Shown: positions 12,358-26,764, counted from the whole stretch's first letter. The stretch is 63,720 nucleotides of DNA, filler included, from Octopus bimaculoides (GCF_001194135.2; 7 parts of 7 records of this genome joined end to end with filler, not necessarily neighbours in it), one strand, 5' to 3'. A program made the numbers and translations. The notes: a model not told the origin generated them from the letters alone.

Positions 12358-13269
12358 AAAATTCAGACATGGCGAAAACACCAGCACTAACAAATATAAA
12401 GAAAAAAGAACCCGATAATGGAATAGTATGGAAAGGGGAAAAAATGTACAGTCGGTTTGCGAGAGATGCGATCGCGAAGACGACTACTGAAGGCCGGTGG
12501 TCAAGGATGCGGAGAAGTAACTTGAACGTAGAAATAGAAGCTCTTATATGCGCGCCAAAAAAAGGCATTGAAGACAAACTATGTGAACTGCAGAATGAAT
12601 GAAGCAACTGAGAATGACAAGTACAGAATGTGTGCTGAGAGGAATGAAACGGTGTGGTACGTTGTTAGTGAATGCTCGAAAGTGGCACAGTGTGAATGCA
12701 AAATGCGGCATGATAATGTAGCAAAAGGGATTCAGAGGGAACTTTGTGGAAATTATGGCCGAGAAAGATCAAAGACGTGGTGTGACCAAATCCCAGGAGT
12801 TACTGAGAATGAAGATAGCAAAATCCTGTGGGATGCAAGGATTTGGTGTGGCCATCAGATTAAACATCGGAAAATCTGACAGCGTTCTGGTGAACAGAAA
12901 CAGAAAAAAAGAACGAGCCTGTTAATTGATATAGCATATCCTGATGGCAACAGGATCGATGAGATACGGAAGAAAATGTGAATAACTATGGTGAACTGAA
13001 GTGGGAAATATGCAGGTTGTGGGCAATGAAAAAAACCCGACTAGTGGTGCACTTTGAAGTATCGGTACCCAACTACCGACGTGGTTCAAAAAGATTCGTA
13101 CAAATGTAAAGACAGAACACCGACAAAAATCAACATTGCTTCGAACTGCAAGACCTTTCCGCAAGTTGCTTGAAACACGATCAGTAAACAAGTGTCACTT
13201 TAGTCTGCTGGCTGTGGACAGCTGACACTTTCCATCATACCCAGCAAAATAAGATGAGAGTTTTCATGA

Positions 13270-13332
<63 letters not shown>
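12355..13332 (+). mobile_element. 5'-truncated R4/Dong-like (RLE) LINE with (TAA)n tail
   Basis: WKGEKMYSRF...EIEALICA, zinc-knuckle-like YRMCAERNETVWYVVSEC, RHDNVAKGIQRELC, KILWD and the RLE region. Ends in (TAA)n at 13270-13332; preceded by (GAT)n. Confidence 0.85.
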
Positions 13333-13333
<1 letters not shown>

Positions 13334-14215
13334 GCAGGAAACTCCAAAATGACAGAAATTCAAAGATAGGCAAAAGAAAACGTGTGTGTAAGTTATTTCA
13401 CAAAGGCTAGTGCTTCTTTGCCTAACGAATTGCCCAGAAAAACACATGCTAAGCAAATTATGTACTATATTTAAATAGAGTGATCTGTTCTAAGTTCAAA
13501 TCCCACCGCGGTCGACTTTGATTGTCATCCTTCGGGTTCGATAAAATAATTACCAGTTGAACACTTGGTTGATGTAATCGACTCCCCCTCCCCTCAAAAT
13601 TACTGGATTTGTTCCAAAATCAGAAAGGGTATTTATGTAGCCAATATTGTACAAGACTAAACAAAACATAAGTAAATGAGAATCGAAACTTAAGTTTGTG
13701 ACGGTGCAGTGGGGGGGGGGTTGTTCGCTGCACAGTATGAAAACATTCTCAGCAGAAATCATAAGTGCACAGTTAAGTAATTCTATAATATAATATATGG
13801 TGGTTGAGAATAAACAGCCAATGATATTGTTTTAGGCTGTTCAATGATAGCAAGAAGGAAGTATTTCTAGAAACTTCGTGGGAGCAATGAAGAAAACGAA
13901 GAACAACAAGCGTAACAGCAGTAAAGAGAAAAGGGAAGAGCTGGCAACGAATCAAGATGAAGAGGATTATGATGAAGGGGAAGAAGAACAATCACATTTA
14001 CAATGATAACAACAATAAGAAGAAAAGAAACGGAAAGAACTAAACGAAGATGGTGAAGGGGAGGGGTAGGAGGTGGTGGAGGAGATTTCGAAGAGGTTGA
14101 GAAGAAGAGACGGATGCAGAGGGAGAAGGAACAGCAACAACAACAACATCACTAACAACGAAAGAACATTAAAAGCAATGTTTAAGGCAACAATAGAGGA
14201 AAACAGATAGAAATC

Positions 14216-14247
<32 letters not shown>

Positions 14248-14510
14248 TAGTAGGTGCCTTAGGTATAATAAAAAAATATTCAGACAAATACATAACAAAA
14301 ACACCAGGACTTACAAATATATATAACATACAGAAAATTGCACTACTGGGTACTGCACACATTCTACGCAAAACACTTTCAATACAGTAAACATAAGAGC
14401 ACCACAGCAAACCACAGCACATACCCAAGGCGCACAGAGCTGCGCTCGGTAGTGAAGTGAAAGCACGTTATAAAAATAAAACTACTGAATAATGATAATA
14501 ATAATAATAA
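14248..14510 (+). mobile_element. Young R4/Dong-like LINE 3' end inserted in (TAA)n
   Basis: VGALGIIKKYSDKYITKTPGLTNIYNIQKIALLGTAHILRKTLSIQ* plus 3' UTR, with (AAT)n on both sides. Confidence 0.9.
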
Positions 14511-14909
14511 TGAGAACACCAAAAACAGAAAATAACAAAAATAATAGTGAAAAGCGTAGAGGGAAATAATTGACAGAGACAGGGAAGAGCATTAAATATA
14601 ATTTCACACAGATAGAAAGATTAAAATGTAGACGTAGTTATCAAAGACTGTAAGAAAATGTCTGCTAATCAATTCCAACGGATAACTTATATGTCTTTGA
14701 AAGAAATGGAGAAACTATCAAAATATAAATTCTTTGGAAATGGAATTTCTTCTATCCCCAGTGGTCTTTCAATCACCATCTTTAAATAATAATAGTTGTC
14801 TTAGGAAGAATACCAAGAGATTCAGACAAATATATCAACAAAAACCGCAGGAAGTACATACAAATATACACATATGTATGTATGTATGTATGTATGTATN
14901 NNNNNNNNN

Positions 14910-14945
<36 letters not shown>

Positions 14946-15065
14946 ACACATACATATATGTGTGTGTATGTATCTTTATATATATAGACACACATATATA
15001 CATATACATATCTACATATAGATATGTATATATATACACATATATATACTTATAAATATATGTGT

Positions 15066-15104
<39 letters not shown>

Positions 15105-15489
15105 GAGGGACATGTACATGTGCATATGTCTGTGTACATACGTATAAGTATGTATATATATGTATGTGTGTGTACGTGTGTATATGTATGTGTGTGTGCG
15201 TGTGTGTGTGTGTAATAATGTATGTATGTGCATTCGACGGTTTATGAATGGCACCAACTAAAGACCTCTACGTGTCCACTGACCATAAAAGAAATGGTAG
15301 CTAAGTCCCTATCTAATCATTATGTCGTCCTGAAAAATGGAATAACGTGTTCGTTTATGTAAGTAAATGAATGTAAATGGACAATTATGGTTGATAGGTT
15401 TTTGATCATAGTCTAGCTCGGCGTACGGAGCTGACGGGTAGGGATGGAGATGCTGAACAATAACAACATCAACAATGATATAACTAGCA

Positions 15490-15625
15490 GTCCGTCGGTG
15501 GCGACGACGAGGGTCCCAGCTGATACGATCAACGGAACACCCGGCTCGTGAAATTAACGTGTAAGTGGCCGAGCACTCCACAGACATGCGAAGTCCTCAG
15601 GGAGATTCAGCTTGACACACCGCAT
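15490..15625 (-). mobile_element. SINE family D tail
   Basis: Reverse complement of the motif at 3620-3770. Confidence 0.6.
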
Positions 15626-15635
15626 GTGCGTGTGC

Positions 15636-15672
<37 letters not shown>

Positions 15673-15869
15673 TGTGTGTGTGTGTGTGTGTAATCCGTCA
15701 CCAAAACAATTTCGATGTCCTGTCAACTGCGTCAAATCCCCAGCAGCTAGACGGCTACGCCCGATCGTCCCGTTCCAATCTGAAGACGGTCGCCATATCT
15801 AAAGAGAGTTACTAACAACATTTCACTTATCATATTTTATTATTTTATATTCTGCATTATGTTAATGTG

Positions 15870-16050
15870 CGCGACCTAGTGCTTGGGGTGTTGGACACAC
15901 ACGATCGCTGAATCGCGTGTTCGATTCCCGGACCGAGCAAAATACTTCCTTTCACGGTCTACCAGTCCACCGAGCTGTAAATGAGTAAACCTGTGACAGA
16001 ACAAGCATTCTAATCAGGGGCAATGTTGACCTGCTCTCCCCCACCCCGCC
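15870..16050 (+). mobile_element. tRNA-headed SINE (degenerate)
   Basis: A-box-like GACCTAGTGCTTGGG and B-box GTTCGATTCCC; similar head at 57495-57620. Confidence 0.5.
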
Positions 16051-17084
16051 TAACAAACAGAGCGGCATCATTCGAAAGCTGAAACGATGCAAAGCGCAAT
16101 GTGACTAGCGATATAAAAACAACATCCGATGCTCTGGCCAATCAGGTGATCACGTCATATCATCCATCGCTAATCTCAACTATAACAGCTGGATTACAAT
16201 TTCAAATACCGCCTAGTTTCTTAGTTTGTCTAACTTTACATTTTTATATCTAAATTCATTTTTGATGCCTCAATAACGCCATCGGCATCAAATCGTTTCA
16301 TTCCACAACATTAATGAATATGAAGATATCTTTGAATTTTTACGTCTGTTTTAATTAAATTATCATCATTCCAAACAATTTTTTATGACATTAATAGTAT
16401 TAGAATTATCTAAAAGTAAACTAAAATGACCATATTTTTTTGTATCTTCAATCAAATCTTCTAGGAAATAAGCACTTCAAATAATTCTTTATGATTTCAG
16501 AATATTGCGTTTAACGCTATTTTAAATTTACTATACTACTTTTGCTGTTATTAATGGGTATTTTAAGGATATGTCACACCGAATGATTAATATTCTTAAC
16601 AGTAGATAGCACAGGACTACAAGCAACACACAACTTCTTTCTGTCTTGTCAGTATCACAAACACTGTTTATTGGATGACTTTTATATGGAATAGCAGCAT
16701 TATTATGTTGCTTTGATTTTCTGCGATTCATTGGCCGACTCGTCAGAGCGTCCGTTAGACTACTTTGCATTATTATTTCTTCCGGCACTCTGTGCTTTGA
16801 GTTCAAATTCCGCTGAGGTCATCTTTGTCTGTTATACGTTAGGAGACTATTAAAAAAAATATCTACTCTGGGCAGTTCATTGGCGGGACGTTAAGGACAT
16901 CAGACCGGATGTCTTGTAGTGCCCCTGCTTCTCAACACTGCGTTCAGATCCCACCGAGGTGAATTTTGCCTTTTATCTTTTCGGGGATGAAAACAACGCA
17001 TCTATCCGGCGCGAAAAGTCGACAGAAGTGTAATGACTTAGAACCGGGTGAATTCCTGGCGGTATATTCTCTGGTTTATCTTTT

Positions 17085-17306
17085 AGCTTTTCTTTTACTT
17101 GTTTCAGTGATGAGACTGCGGCCATGCTGGGGCACCGGTTTGAAATTTTTTTAGTCGAATGAATCAACCCTAGCACTTATTCTTTAAAACAGGTACTTAT
17201 TCAGACGGCTTCTTTTGCCGAACTGCTAAGTTACAGGAGACGTAATCACACAAATACCAGTTGTCAAGCGGTGATGGAAGACAAACGCAGATACAAAGAC
17301 ACAAAG

Positions 17307-17310
<4 letters not shown>
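17085..17310 (+). mobile_element. SINE/repeat family C copy
   Basis: TTTTACTTGTTTCAGT...GACTGCGGCCATGCTGG...CTTATTCTTT...GCTAAGTTAC consensus, shared with 20075, 23672, 24072, 29195 and 45745 (minus). Confidence 0.8.
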
Positions 17311-17338
<28 letters not shown>

Positions 17339-18294
17339 TATGTGCCACCTTGGTGGAACACTGCGGAGCTGAATCCAGAAACCTGTGTTTGGAAAGCAAA
17401 CATCTTACCAATAGCCATACCTGCGCATAATTTGGTAGATATTTCACAAAACTACTTCAGTTCGAATAGATTTTCACCTCTCGAACACATTTAATTTGTT
17501 TAAACTTCTATTTAATTATCACCTCTTCTATCTATTATTTTTATTAAATTTATTAAATTTACAGCCTACGTGTCTCTATTAAGCCATCAATTTACTAACT
17601 TTCATTAAATGTATGTACCACTATACTCGACAGTATTATTATGTTTTGTTGATTTTTCTTGTTGTTTTTTCTTTGCCATCTCTAATTAAACTTAATTACA
17701 TATTGCTAACCTAAAAATCAGTCTAGATTACAAAATCTTCAACACCTACTCAGTCAAACTTGTAACCTTCATTTTTTTTTCCTACTTTCAGACATTTTTC
17801 TTCGCATCTCCACATTATTTTAATATACTTTAATGATACTTCATAATAAATTATATTCCAGTTTATATTCTAATGCATCTACTTCCTTGTAATTTCGTAT
17901 TACCTTCTTTCTTTTCGTTATTTTATTCAATTTAAAATTGTCTCGGCATGTACCGAATTGTTCGAAGTAACAATTTACATAAATACATTCATACGTACAC
18001 ATATTCATCCACAAACACACACACACACACACATTCTCTCATACACACACTCACACTTATATAATACATACATACATGCACACATACGTACGTACATATA
18101 TATACATACTTATAATCATACACATCCTTAGATATTAACAACGTGAATATGACACATGTGTTGTATACGCTAGTGAAACCTCGTTAAAACGTATTGATGG
18201 CTGAAAAAACTACCCGTTTTAAGTGATTTCCCGTGTTAATAATAATGCGTACGATTACAGTATTGCAATTGTATACGATCGTATACATTGTATA

Positions 18295-18450
18295 GGTGCA
18301 GGAGTGGCTGTGTGGTAAGTATCTTGCTTACCAACCACATGGTTCCGGGTTCAGTCCCACTGTGGGGCATCTTGGGCAAGTGTCTTCAATTATAGCCTCG
18401 GGCCAGACCAAAGCCTTGTGAGTGGATTTGGTAGATGGAAACTGAAAAAG
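18295..18450 (+). mobile_element. tRNA-derived SINE family B copy
   Basis: GGTGCAGGAGTGGCTGTGTGGTAAG (A-box), GGTTCAGTCCC (B-box-like), CTTGGGCAAGTGTCTT (CORE-like central motif, inference). Confidence 0.85.
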
Positions 18451-18454
18451 TGTC

Positions 18455-18870
18455 CGGTTGTATTAACTCCCTGCCATCAATAATTCATTGGCATATTGTA
18501 CTCCATTCACAGAATCCAACGCCAGAAAATGTCCCCTACTTTATTAGCTACCAGGTGTAGAGGTTCCTTTCTTTAAAAACTTGCATATTCCGGTATAGTG
18601 ACCGCCAATTTAATCCAGAATGATCCCCATTAAACACTTGGGAAATTAGGGATCTCTCACACATATTTAAGTAATTTAACCTCTTCCACTATGATTTGAT
18701 TTCCCCAGTTAGCGTACTGCTTGCTTCTCCATAAGTAATTTTATTAACCATTCTATAGCAATTTCTAAAATGTAATAACCGCCCGTCTCGATCTTCCAAA
18801 TTCTTAATCCCCATAAACCCAGCTTTATTGACAATAATACTTCGAATAACTACACTGCAGATGTAATTAC
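18455..18870 (-). mobile_element. Possible highly degenerate L1/Tx1-like remnant
   Basis: Minus frame KAGFMGIKNLEDR...LNWRSLYRNM loosely resembles the GGLG.xNLE motif. Several stops. Confidence 0.25.
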
Positions 18871-18998
18871 TACGGTGTTGTTAATGGATAAACAACTTCG
18901 TTTATTCATTAATGATACCGTGCTGTCGTTATCTAGAACTCCACCAATACCAAACAAGTAAGTTTTTAATCGAATGAATCGACCCCTTGTTCTTATTC

Positions 18999-19035
<37 letters not shown>

Positions 19036-19149
19036 NNNNNNNNNNNNNNNNNNNNNNNNNNNNNNNNNNNNNNNNNNNNNNNNNNNNNNNNNNNNNNNNN
19101 NNNNNNNNNNNNNNNNNNNNNNNNATATATATATATATATATATATATA

Positions 19150-19295
19150 TGGTAGACGAAACCAAATTTATTCCTAAGGCATTAGTTGGTCCGAGGCGAT
19201 AGTAGAAAATTTTACCCCAGGTCCCACACAATGGGATTGAATTCAAAAGCCCGTGGTCGGAAACCAGGCTTCTAAGCCACACACTCAAGCCTGCG
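19150..19295 (-). mobile_element. SINE family B copy (inverted relative to 18295-18450)
   Basis: Reverse complement homology to 18295-18450. Confidence 0.75.
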
Positions 19296-19744
19296 ACTAT
19301 AGTATTATTTTGTATTACATATTCTGTTCCAACTTATAACATATTTCTATTTCGCTTCTGTTCTTAATTAATTTTGATCCGCCATTAGTGTTAATTTATA
19401 ATCAACTATTTCCTACATAGCAGTCCAATGCATTCGTTTTCACACATTTTACTAATTTGATATATTTTTATTTGTCATCGCTCTGTTGTGATTAAGCAAC
19501 GTCTTCGATATAACACATACGGAACTGATCTTGATAATATTCTATAGATTACGCACATGCAAATTATTTATTTGACACAATCCTCAAAACAAAGAATGAA
19601 AATGTTATTATGTATAAAAGTTTTGCTAATAATTTTCTTTAATGAAAATATTAATTAAAAAGTTTTGTAGAATTTCTTCCTTAAAAGAAAAACTGTATTT
19701 TTACCTATACTCTGAAAACTTTACTGCTTTATAAAGTTTGTTTT

Positions 19745-20000
19745 CAAAATTCCATCCAAACATCCATCTCTCCTTACTCCAGGGAAGGTTCTCCGTGAGG
19801 TCCTGTCAGAAGCAACCATCTTTAGACATCCTGCTTGGATACCCACGCGTGACCAGCTGAGATTATGAATATTATCCAATCAATTCGTTCTAGGCCAACC
19901 CCCAGATCTTCCGCCAGTTGGCTCGGCTTGAAGAATCCGTCTTCCGTTCCTTTCTTCAAACATTCTAATCATATGACCGTAGTAGCCGAGTTGTGGCCCT
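19745..20000 (-). mobile_element. RTE-clade LINE 3' fragment
   Basis: QLGYYGHMIRMFEERNGRRILQAEPTGGRS (frameshift) G.PRTNWLDNI matches RTE QLRWxGHxxRM...GRPRxRWxDxI. Confidence 0.7.
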
Positions 20001-20074
20001 TCAAGTTCAATATCTTAAAATTATGACCCCTTAATTTCATTTCACCATATTTAGAGGACTTTTGCTAAATCTAA

Positions 20075-20205
20075 TTCTTTTATTCTTTTACTTGTTTCAG
20101 TCACTTGACTGCGGCCGTGCTGGAGAACAACCTTTCGTCGAAGAAATCGCCCCCAGGACTTATTCTTTGTAAGCCTAGTATTTACTCTATCGGTCTCTCT
20201 GGCAC
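20075..20205 (+). mobile_element. Family C copy (partial)
   Basis: Matches the family C consensus. Confidence 0.75.
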
Positions 20206-20445
20206 TTCTCCCTGGGCAGAAAATGAATTTAATGTACGTGAATGAAGTGTAAGAAGCGAAGAAACCAGTCGGATTGAACCCACTTTATGGAATCAAAGAG
20301 AATAAAGATATTATTTTCAATGTAAATATTTTTATCGTTTCGAAGGCGAGGCTAACATTGTATGGTTATGAAGAAAAAACATAGCTTACATACACTACAC
20401 ATGCGCGCGCGAACACACATATACGCATATATATACATATATGTG

Positions 20446-20503
<58 letters not shown>

Positions 20504-21099
20504 TAGATATATGTACTTATGTGTATATATACATATCTGTGTGTGTATGTGTGTGTGTAATGTATGTAATAAGTGATGAGGACGAGAAAAAGAACGATAA
20601 CGGCAATGGAGATTATGACGATGATGATGATGATGATGATGATGAAATGGAGGGGGCGGAGTAGGAAAAGAGTAGGAGAAGAGGTGAAAGAGAAAGACGA
20701 GGAAGAAGGTGGAGAGGAGGCGGAAGGCGTGAAAGAGAAAGTGGAAGAGGAGGGGAGGGAACAGGAGGGAGACGAGGAAGAGAAAGAGTGGCTGGAGAAT
20801 GACCAGGAGGAGGAGGAGGAGGAGAAGGAGGAGGAAGGAAAAAGAACATGAACAATAACAAGAGCAACAGCAAGAAGAAGAAGAAGAAGAACAAGAACAA
20901 GAACAAGAACAAGAAGAACAACAACAACGAGGAGGAGAAACGATGAACAACACCAAAAACAAGAAGAAGAAGAAGAACAACAACAACAACAACAACAATN
21001 NNNNNNNNNNNNNNNNNNNNNNNNNNNNNNNNNNNNNNNNNNNTTAATTAATTAANNNNNNNNNNNNNNNNNNNNNNNNNNNNNNNNNNNNNNNNNNNN

Positions 21100-21139
<40 letters not shown>

Positions 21140-21447
21140 TACATACATATATAACTCAATCGTACTTCACCGCATTGTGGTACACCGCTTCTCATCACAG
21201 CAGTATTTTGTAGAACTTATACCACCTGCTAACACACTTTTTGGCACCTCTACATGGTACATCTATACACCGTGGTAGAATGTACTGGTACTTGGCACCT
21301 CTGTCCACCAAGCAGGAGTGTATCTCTTCTGGGTACCCCCCATACAACAAGGTTAACCATACTGCTACTTGAGTTGTATCTCTACGTGGCAGCAGCGTTA
21401 CAGTCCTTCTTGGTATATAGGGTACCAGTGTTTGGTAGTTATATGCG

Positions 21448-21493
<46 letters not shown>

Positions 21494-21829
21494 ATGTATA
21501 CTCCAAGGTGGACTGTACAACCACATGGTGTCTTTATACAGCTCGGTGTAGTGTACCACCTCATGATGCCGATACACAAAAAACTAAACTAGTTTAAATA
21601 ACGCAAAAATCAACAGTTTTGACATTTAATAGAATATCATATTAACCCCAGACCAGTAACGCCACACAATATAGACAAACGGAACTAAATCAGTCAGGCT
21701 GAATTTTCATATTCGTTGTATTTTCCATAAATGCTCATTATACATACATACATACATACATGCATGTATGCATGTATACGTACGTACAAATACGCACACA
21801 CACATATATAAACACGGAGACAGAGTAGG

Positions 21830-21883
<54 letters not shown>

Positions 21884-23141
21884 NNNNNNNNNNNNNNNNN
21901 NNNNNNNNNNNNNNNNNNNNNNNNNNNNNNNNNNNNNNNNNNNNNNNNNNNNNNNNNNNNNNNNNNNNNNNNNNNNNNNNNNNNNNNNNNNNNNNNNNNN
22001 NNNNNNNNNNNNNNNNNNNNNNNNNNNNNNNNNNNNNNNNNNNNNNNNNNNNNNNNNNNNNNNNNNNNNNNNNNNNNNNNNNNNNNNNNNNNNNNNNNNN
22101 NNNNNNNNNNNNNNNNNNNNNNNNNNNNNNNNNNNNNNNNNNNNNNNNNNNNNNNNNNNNNNNNNNNNNNNNNNNNNNNNNNNNNNNNNNNNNNNNNNNN
22201 NNNNNNNNNNNNNNNNNNNNNNNNNNNNNNNNNNNNNNNNNNNNNNNNNNNNNNNNNNNNNNNNNNNNNNNNNNNNNNNNNNNNNNNNNNNNNNNNNNNN
22301 NNNNNNNNNNNNNNNNNNNNNNNNNNNNNNNNNNNNNNNNNNNNNNNNNNNNNNNNNNNNNNNNNNNNNNNNNNNNNNNNNNNNNNNNNNNNNNNNNNNN
22401 NNNNNNNNNNNNNNNNNNNNNNNNNNNNNNNNNNNNNNNNNNNNNNNNNNNNNNNNNNNNNNNNNNNNNNNNNNNNNNNNNNNNNNNNNNNNNNNNNNNN
22501 NNNNNNNNNNNNNNNNNNNNNNNNNNNNNNNNNNNNNNNNNNNNNNNNNNNNNNNNNNNNNNNNNNNNNNNNNNNNNNNNNNNNNNNNNNNNNNNNNNNN
22601 NNNNNNNNNNNNNNNNNNNNNNNNNNNNNNNNNNNNNNNNNNNNNNNNNNNNNNNNNNNNNNNNNNNNNNNNNNNNNNNNNNNNNNNNNNNNNNNNNNNN
22701 NNNNNNNNNNNNNNNNNNNNNNNNNNNNNNNNNNNNNNNNNNNNNNNNNNNNNNNNNNNNNNNNNNNNNNNNNNNNNNNNNNNNNNNNNNNNNNTGTGTG
22801 TGTGTGTGTGTGTGTGTGTGTCATGTATACATAAGTATGTGTGCACACACACGCGCACATTAAATATGCGTGTATATATGTCTGCTTCTTGGCACGTTTG
22901 TTTTGCCTCAGCAGATTTGGCTGCTATTTCATGCAGGACAAGTTACTACATAGAGGTGGTTAGTCGGGTCTCTTGAACATAGTGACAGCGACTTCTCACC
23001 TGCCCTTCAATGAACTACCAGTTCTTAGTGACTCTCCCACCGCCGCCTCTGAAGAGATGCAAGGCAAAGTTGACTGACCTGAACTCGAATTTGTCATTCA
23101 CATCTAGAACGGTGAATGACTTAAGCCGAGCTATAAACGGT

Positions 23142-23183
<42 letters not shown>

Positions 23184-23558
23184 TCGAAGGAGAGAGAGGG
23201 GAGAGAGACAGAGAAACTTTAAATTTCATTAACACGAACAGTCGCTAACAACGAATATATTTTGACATCCTCAACTCCTCTTTGGTCAATGTACCACATG
23301 ACCACATAAGGTAGTGGTGGTAGTCATGTTGTGTTGGTGGTGGCGATGGTGTTGCTTAGGTTGTTGGTGGTGGTAATGGGGGTGCCAATGGCTGTAGTGG
23401 TGGTGGTGGTGTGGTGGTGATGGTAGTAATACTGTAAAGCACTCTGTTGTATTTCTTTCTCTTCCTGTAGGATCTATTTCTCAGTTCTAACCTGACTATC
23501 TTACCTGCCTTTTGGAGGTGGAGTTACACAACGTCACTGACACCAACACACACGCGCG

Positions 23559-23596
<38 letters not shown>

Positions 23597-23671
23597 TCTC
23601 TCTCTTTCTCTACGCATATTCATGTGCGTATGTGTGCATGTATATGTGTGTGTTTACAAATATATATACTC

Positions 23672-23890
23672 TTTACTCTTTTTACTCTTTTACCTGTTTC
23701 AGTCATTTGACTGCGGCCATGCTAGAGCACCGCCTTTAGTCGAGTAAATCGACCCCAGGACTTATTCTTTGTAAGCCTAGTACTTATTCAATCGATCCCT
23801 TTTGGCGAACAACTAACTTACGGGGACGTAAGCACACCAGCATCGGTTGACAAGCGATGTTGGGGGGACAAACACAGACATACAAACATA
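23672..23890 (+). mobile_element. Family C copy
   Basis: Full consensus through GGGGACAAACACAGAC, followed by a CA-rich tail. Confidence 0.85.
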
Positions 23891-24071
23891 TACACACACA
23901 TACATATATGTATATACATATATACGACGGGCTTCTTTCAGTTTCGTCTTCCAAATCCACTCACAAGGCTTTGTTATTAGATTCTTATAAAAAAAAGCTA
24001 TTTCTATTCATTTTTCAAAATATAATGATGCTGTACCAAAGACTTTGTATTTCTTATTCTACTTATATATT

Positions 24072-24275
24072 CTTTTATTCTTTTACTTGTTTCAGTCATT
24101 TGACTGCGGTCATGCTGAAGCACCACCTTTAATCGAACAAATAGACCCCGGGACTTATTCTTTGCAAGCCTAGTACTTATTCTAGCGGTCTCCTTTGCTG
24201 AATCGCTAAGTTACGGGGATCTAAACACATCAACATCGGTTATCAAGTGATGGTGGGGTGGACAAACACAGACAC
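24072..24275 (+). mobile_element. Family C copy
   Basis: Second copy 400 bp downstream of 23672; a family B fragment lies between them. Confidence 0.85.
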
Positions 24276-24291
24276 GCAAATACATACATAC

Positions 24292-24326
<35 letters not shown>

Positions 24327-24880
24327 CGTACATATATAGGAATATATCTGTGTGTGTTTGTGTGTGCATGAATGCATATCTATGTATAAATGTATGTGTG
24401 TGTGTGTGTGCCGTCCATGACTCGAAAACAATCTTGCGATCGTGACTGCAACGCCGTAACCACAAAGCCACGTTCTTTCAAGAATTATCTCTGAGGCACT
24501 AAAAATAACCAAACAAAATAACTCTTTTCGACCTATAATGTTTCGAATATATACATCATCATGCAAGGCTGCTAAACAATTTGATTACATTATCAAACAA
24601 CAAATACCGAAAAGATACGCAGTATGCATAATTTGAAGTGTTTTTAGAGTTCTTGGAAAATTGGCAACAATTGCACCTTAGCCGTAGAAAGTCTGTTAAC
24701 TAATATTCCGTTGGAAGAAACAATGATATCCTTATTAAATAGTATATAGAAATATTCAATAATAAAACTATTCATGAAACCAGCTGACTTACTGATGAAT
24801 TTAGCGTCTTGTGCAGTTGGTCTATACTACAGATTGCTCATATTGTAAAATATTAAAATGAAAGGTGGGGTATTCATGGG

Positions 24881-25114
24881 TTGTCTATAAGGACAGACGA
24901 TTGCAGTTTTCTGCTTGACCACGATAGAAAACAAAATTGTAACGAAGGTACAAACATGCACACGAAGTATGATGTACATCATATAATGTACATCAGATTT
25001 GTAGACGATATGTCAGTTGTAAAGGACGCCCCAGAAGTTGTTGAGAAACTAGAAGGAGACGTAGATAACAACTGCAGAACAGAGCGAAATAGACCTGAAA
25101 ATTCAATGACTTGA
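24881..25114 (+). mobile_element. Possible ancient RT catalytic-motif remnant
   Basis: YIRFVDDMSVV...EKLEGDVD resembles the YxDD motif followed by LQxDxD in LINE RTs. No flanking support. Confidence 0.25.
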
Positions 25115-26525
25115 TTTCTAGTCATAAGCATCCAAATAGAAAATAATGGATAGATCACCTCCATTAACACCAGGAGTAGGAGAGCCTTCACTCGCATTTA
25201 ATTTTAAAATCGCTCGCTGACGGAGCCTCTAAAAAGCTGTGTACAAGTCTTAAAACCAAAATAATTTAAAACCTCGTAAAACATGACACAGTGAACCACA
25301 AACTAGTACCATTAATATACTACAAAAACACTACAAATATTGTTTTTTTTTTATCAATATCAGACTAAAAGCTTGTAAACTCGTGAAGATGCTGGTAATG
25401 ATAAAAATACAAGTCGTAAACTTCACGACACCAACTGTTATACTGGCCAAACAAATACGATGTTCTAGCGTTGACTAGCAATCGCACTAAACAAAGTAAA
25501 ATTAGGTAAGAAAACATTTGTAAACAGTACATCTTATTCATGAAAAATGAAAGCCAATTGACGGTGGAAGTAATACTTACAGTATGGCCACAGTGTTAAA
25601 ATAAGCATACAACTACATTAATCACAAATAAAAATATTGCACTCGATGTCTGGGTTTGTAGAAACTTAACGGTTCAAAATTCAAATTTCGGTGATCGTAT
25701 AGACCCTGAATCAGTTAACAAGAGAGCAGCAGCAACACTCACAACTACCAAATCATTTAGATTATTTTTTAAAGAGGTTTGCTGTCCCATAGAAACTACA
25801 CTTGTGGTTGGCTTCGACAGTTTGCAGAAATTCGAAGTCACAATCAACCCTTTTGTTGTAAAATTACGCACACACACACACTTATTTCTAAGCACATACT
25901 TCTATATAGATGCATTATTCGTGGATCAATAAATATGACGTATATGAAAAGTTGAGTTCAGATAAGCGTGGATCAATGTTTTACCCGTAACAGATATTTA
26001 ATCAGACTTTAAACATAAATGCACGTTTTACCTCTATAATATACTCAAAGATATTTAACAACATGAGATTATATCATATGATATCAGAGCTATAAAATAT
26101 TGCATTTAACTTCAAACATCATTTAGATTTTAGATACATTATATAATTAGATATGACTATCTCAATGTGTAGTAAGTGTGCACATTTGTGCTACATCATT
26201 ACATGACTAGTAATACTAGTGAAAACCCTGCCCTGCGATAGGTTTTCTGCTGGTAATTCTAATAGGGTCATAACATGCATACATACATTCGTACTTACAT
26301 ACATACATACATGTATATATATAACAAAAATGTGTGTGTGTATATATATATATATAACAAGAGAGTGGCATTAATTTGGCTAAATTGATCAATAAACCAA
26401 TTGAGCAAACCTATGAGGAATGTACCTATAATGACTACTGGAATCAGCTGTAAGCCAAATTTGCTCAAATAAAGGTATTATATGTAATGACCATTATTTC
26501 AAGCTTGTTTATACACACACACACA

Positions 26526-26590
<65 letters not shown>

Positions 26591-26764
26591 GTATATTATT
26601 TAAAAGAGTTCCAACTCTGTCTGTTTTTTATGTTTTATTTATAGTCTTATAAAAGTAAATGGTAAAATGAAAACTGAAATGAAGTGTTGAATGTCTTATT
26701 GAATATATGAAATATTAAGTATTAAATATAGAGAATCAAATATATAAAGAAAATCAAATATATA

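Noticed and set aside
20366-20998. Acidic and poly-E/K or poly-S ORFs
   Set aside because: GA/GAA/GAT-rich simple sequence with no domain or splice support.
25364-25505. Apparent + strand exon with a poly-T acceptor and GTAAGA donor
   Set aside because: All three frames contain stops; no other support.
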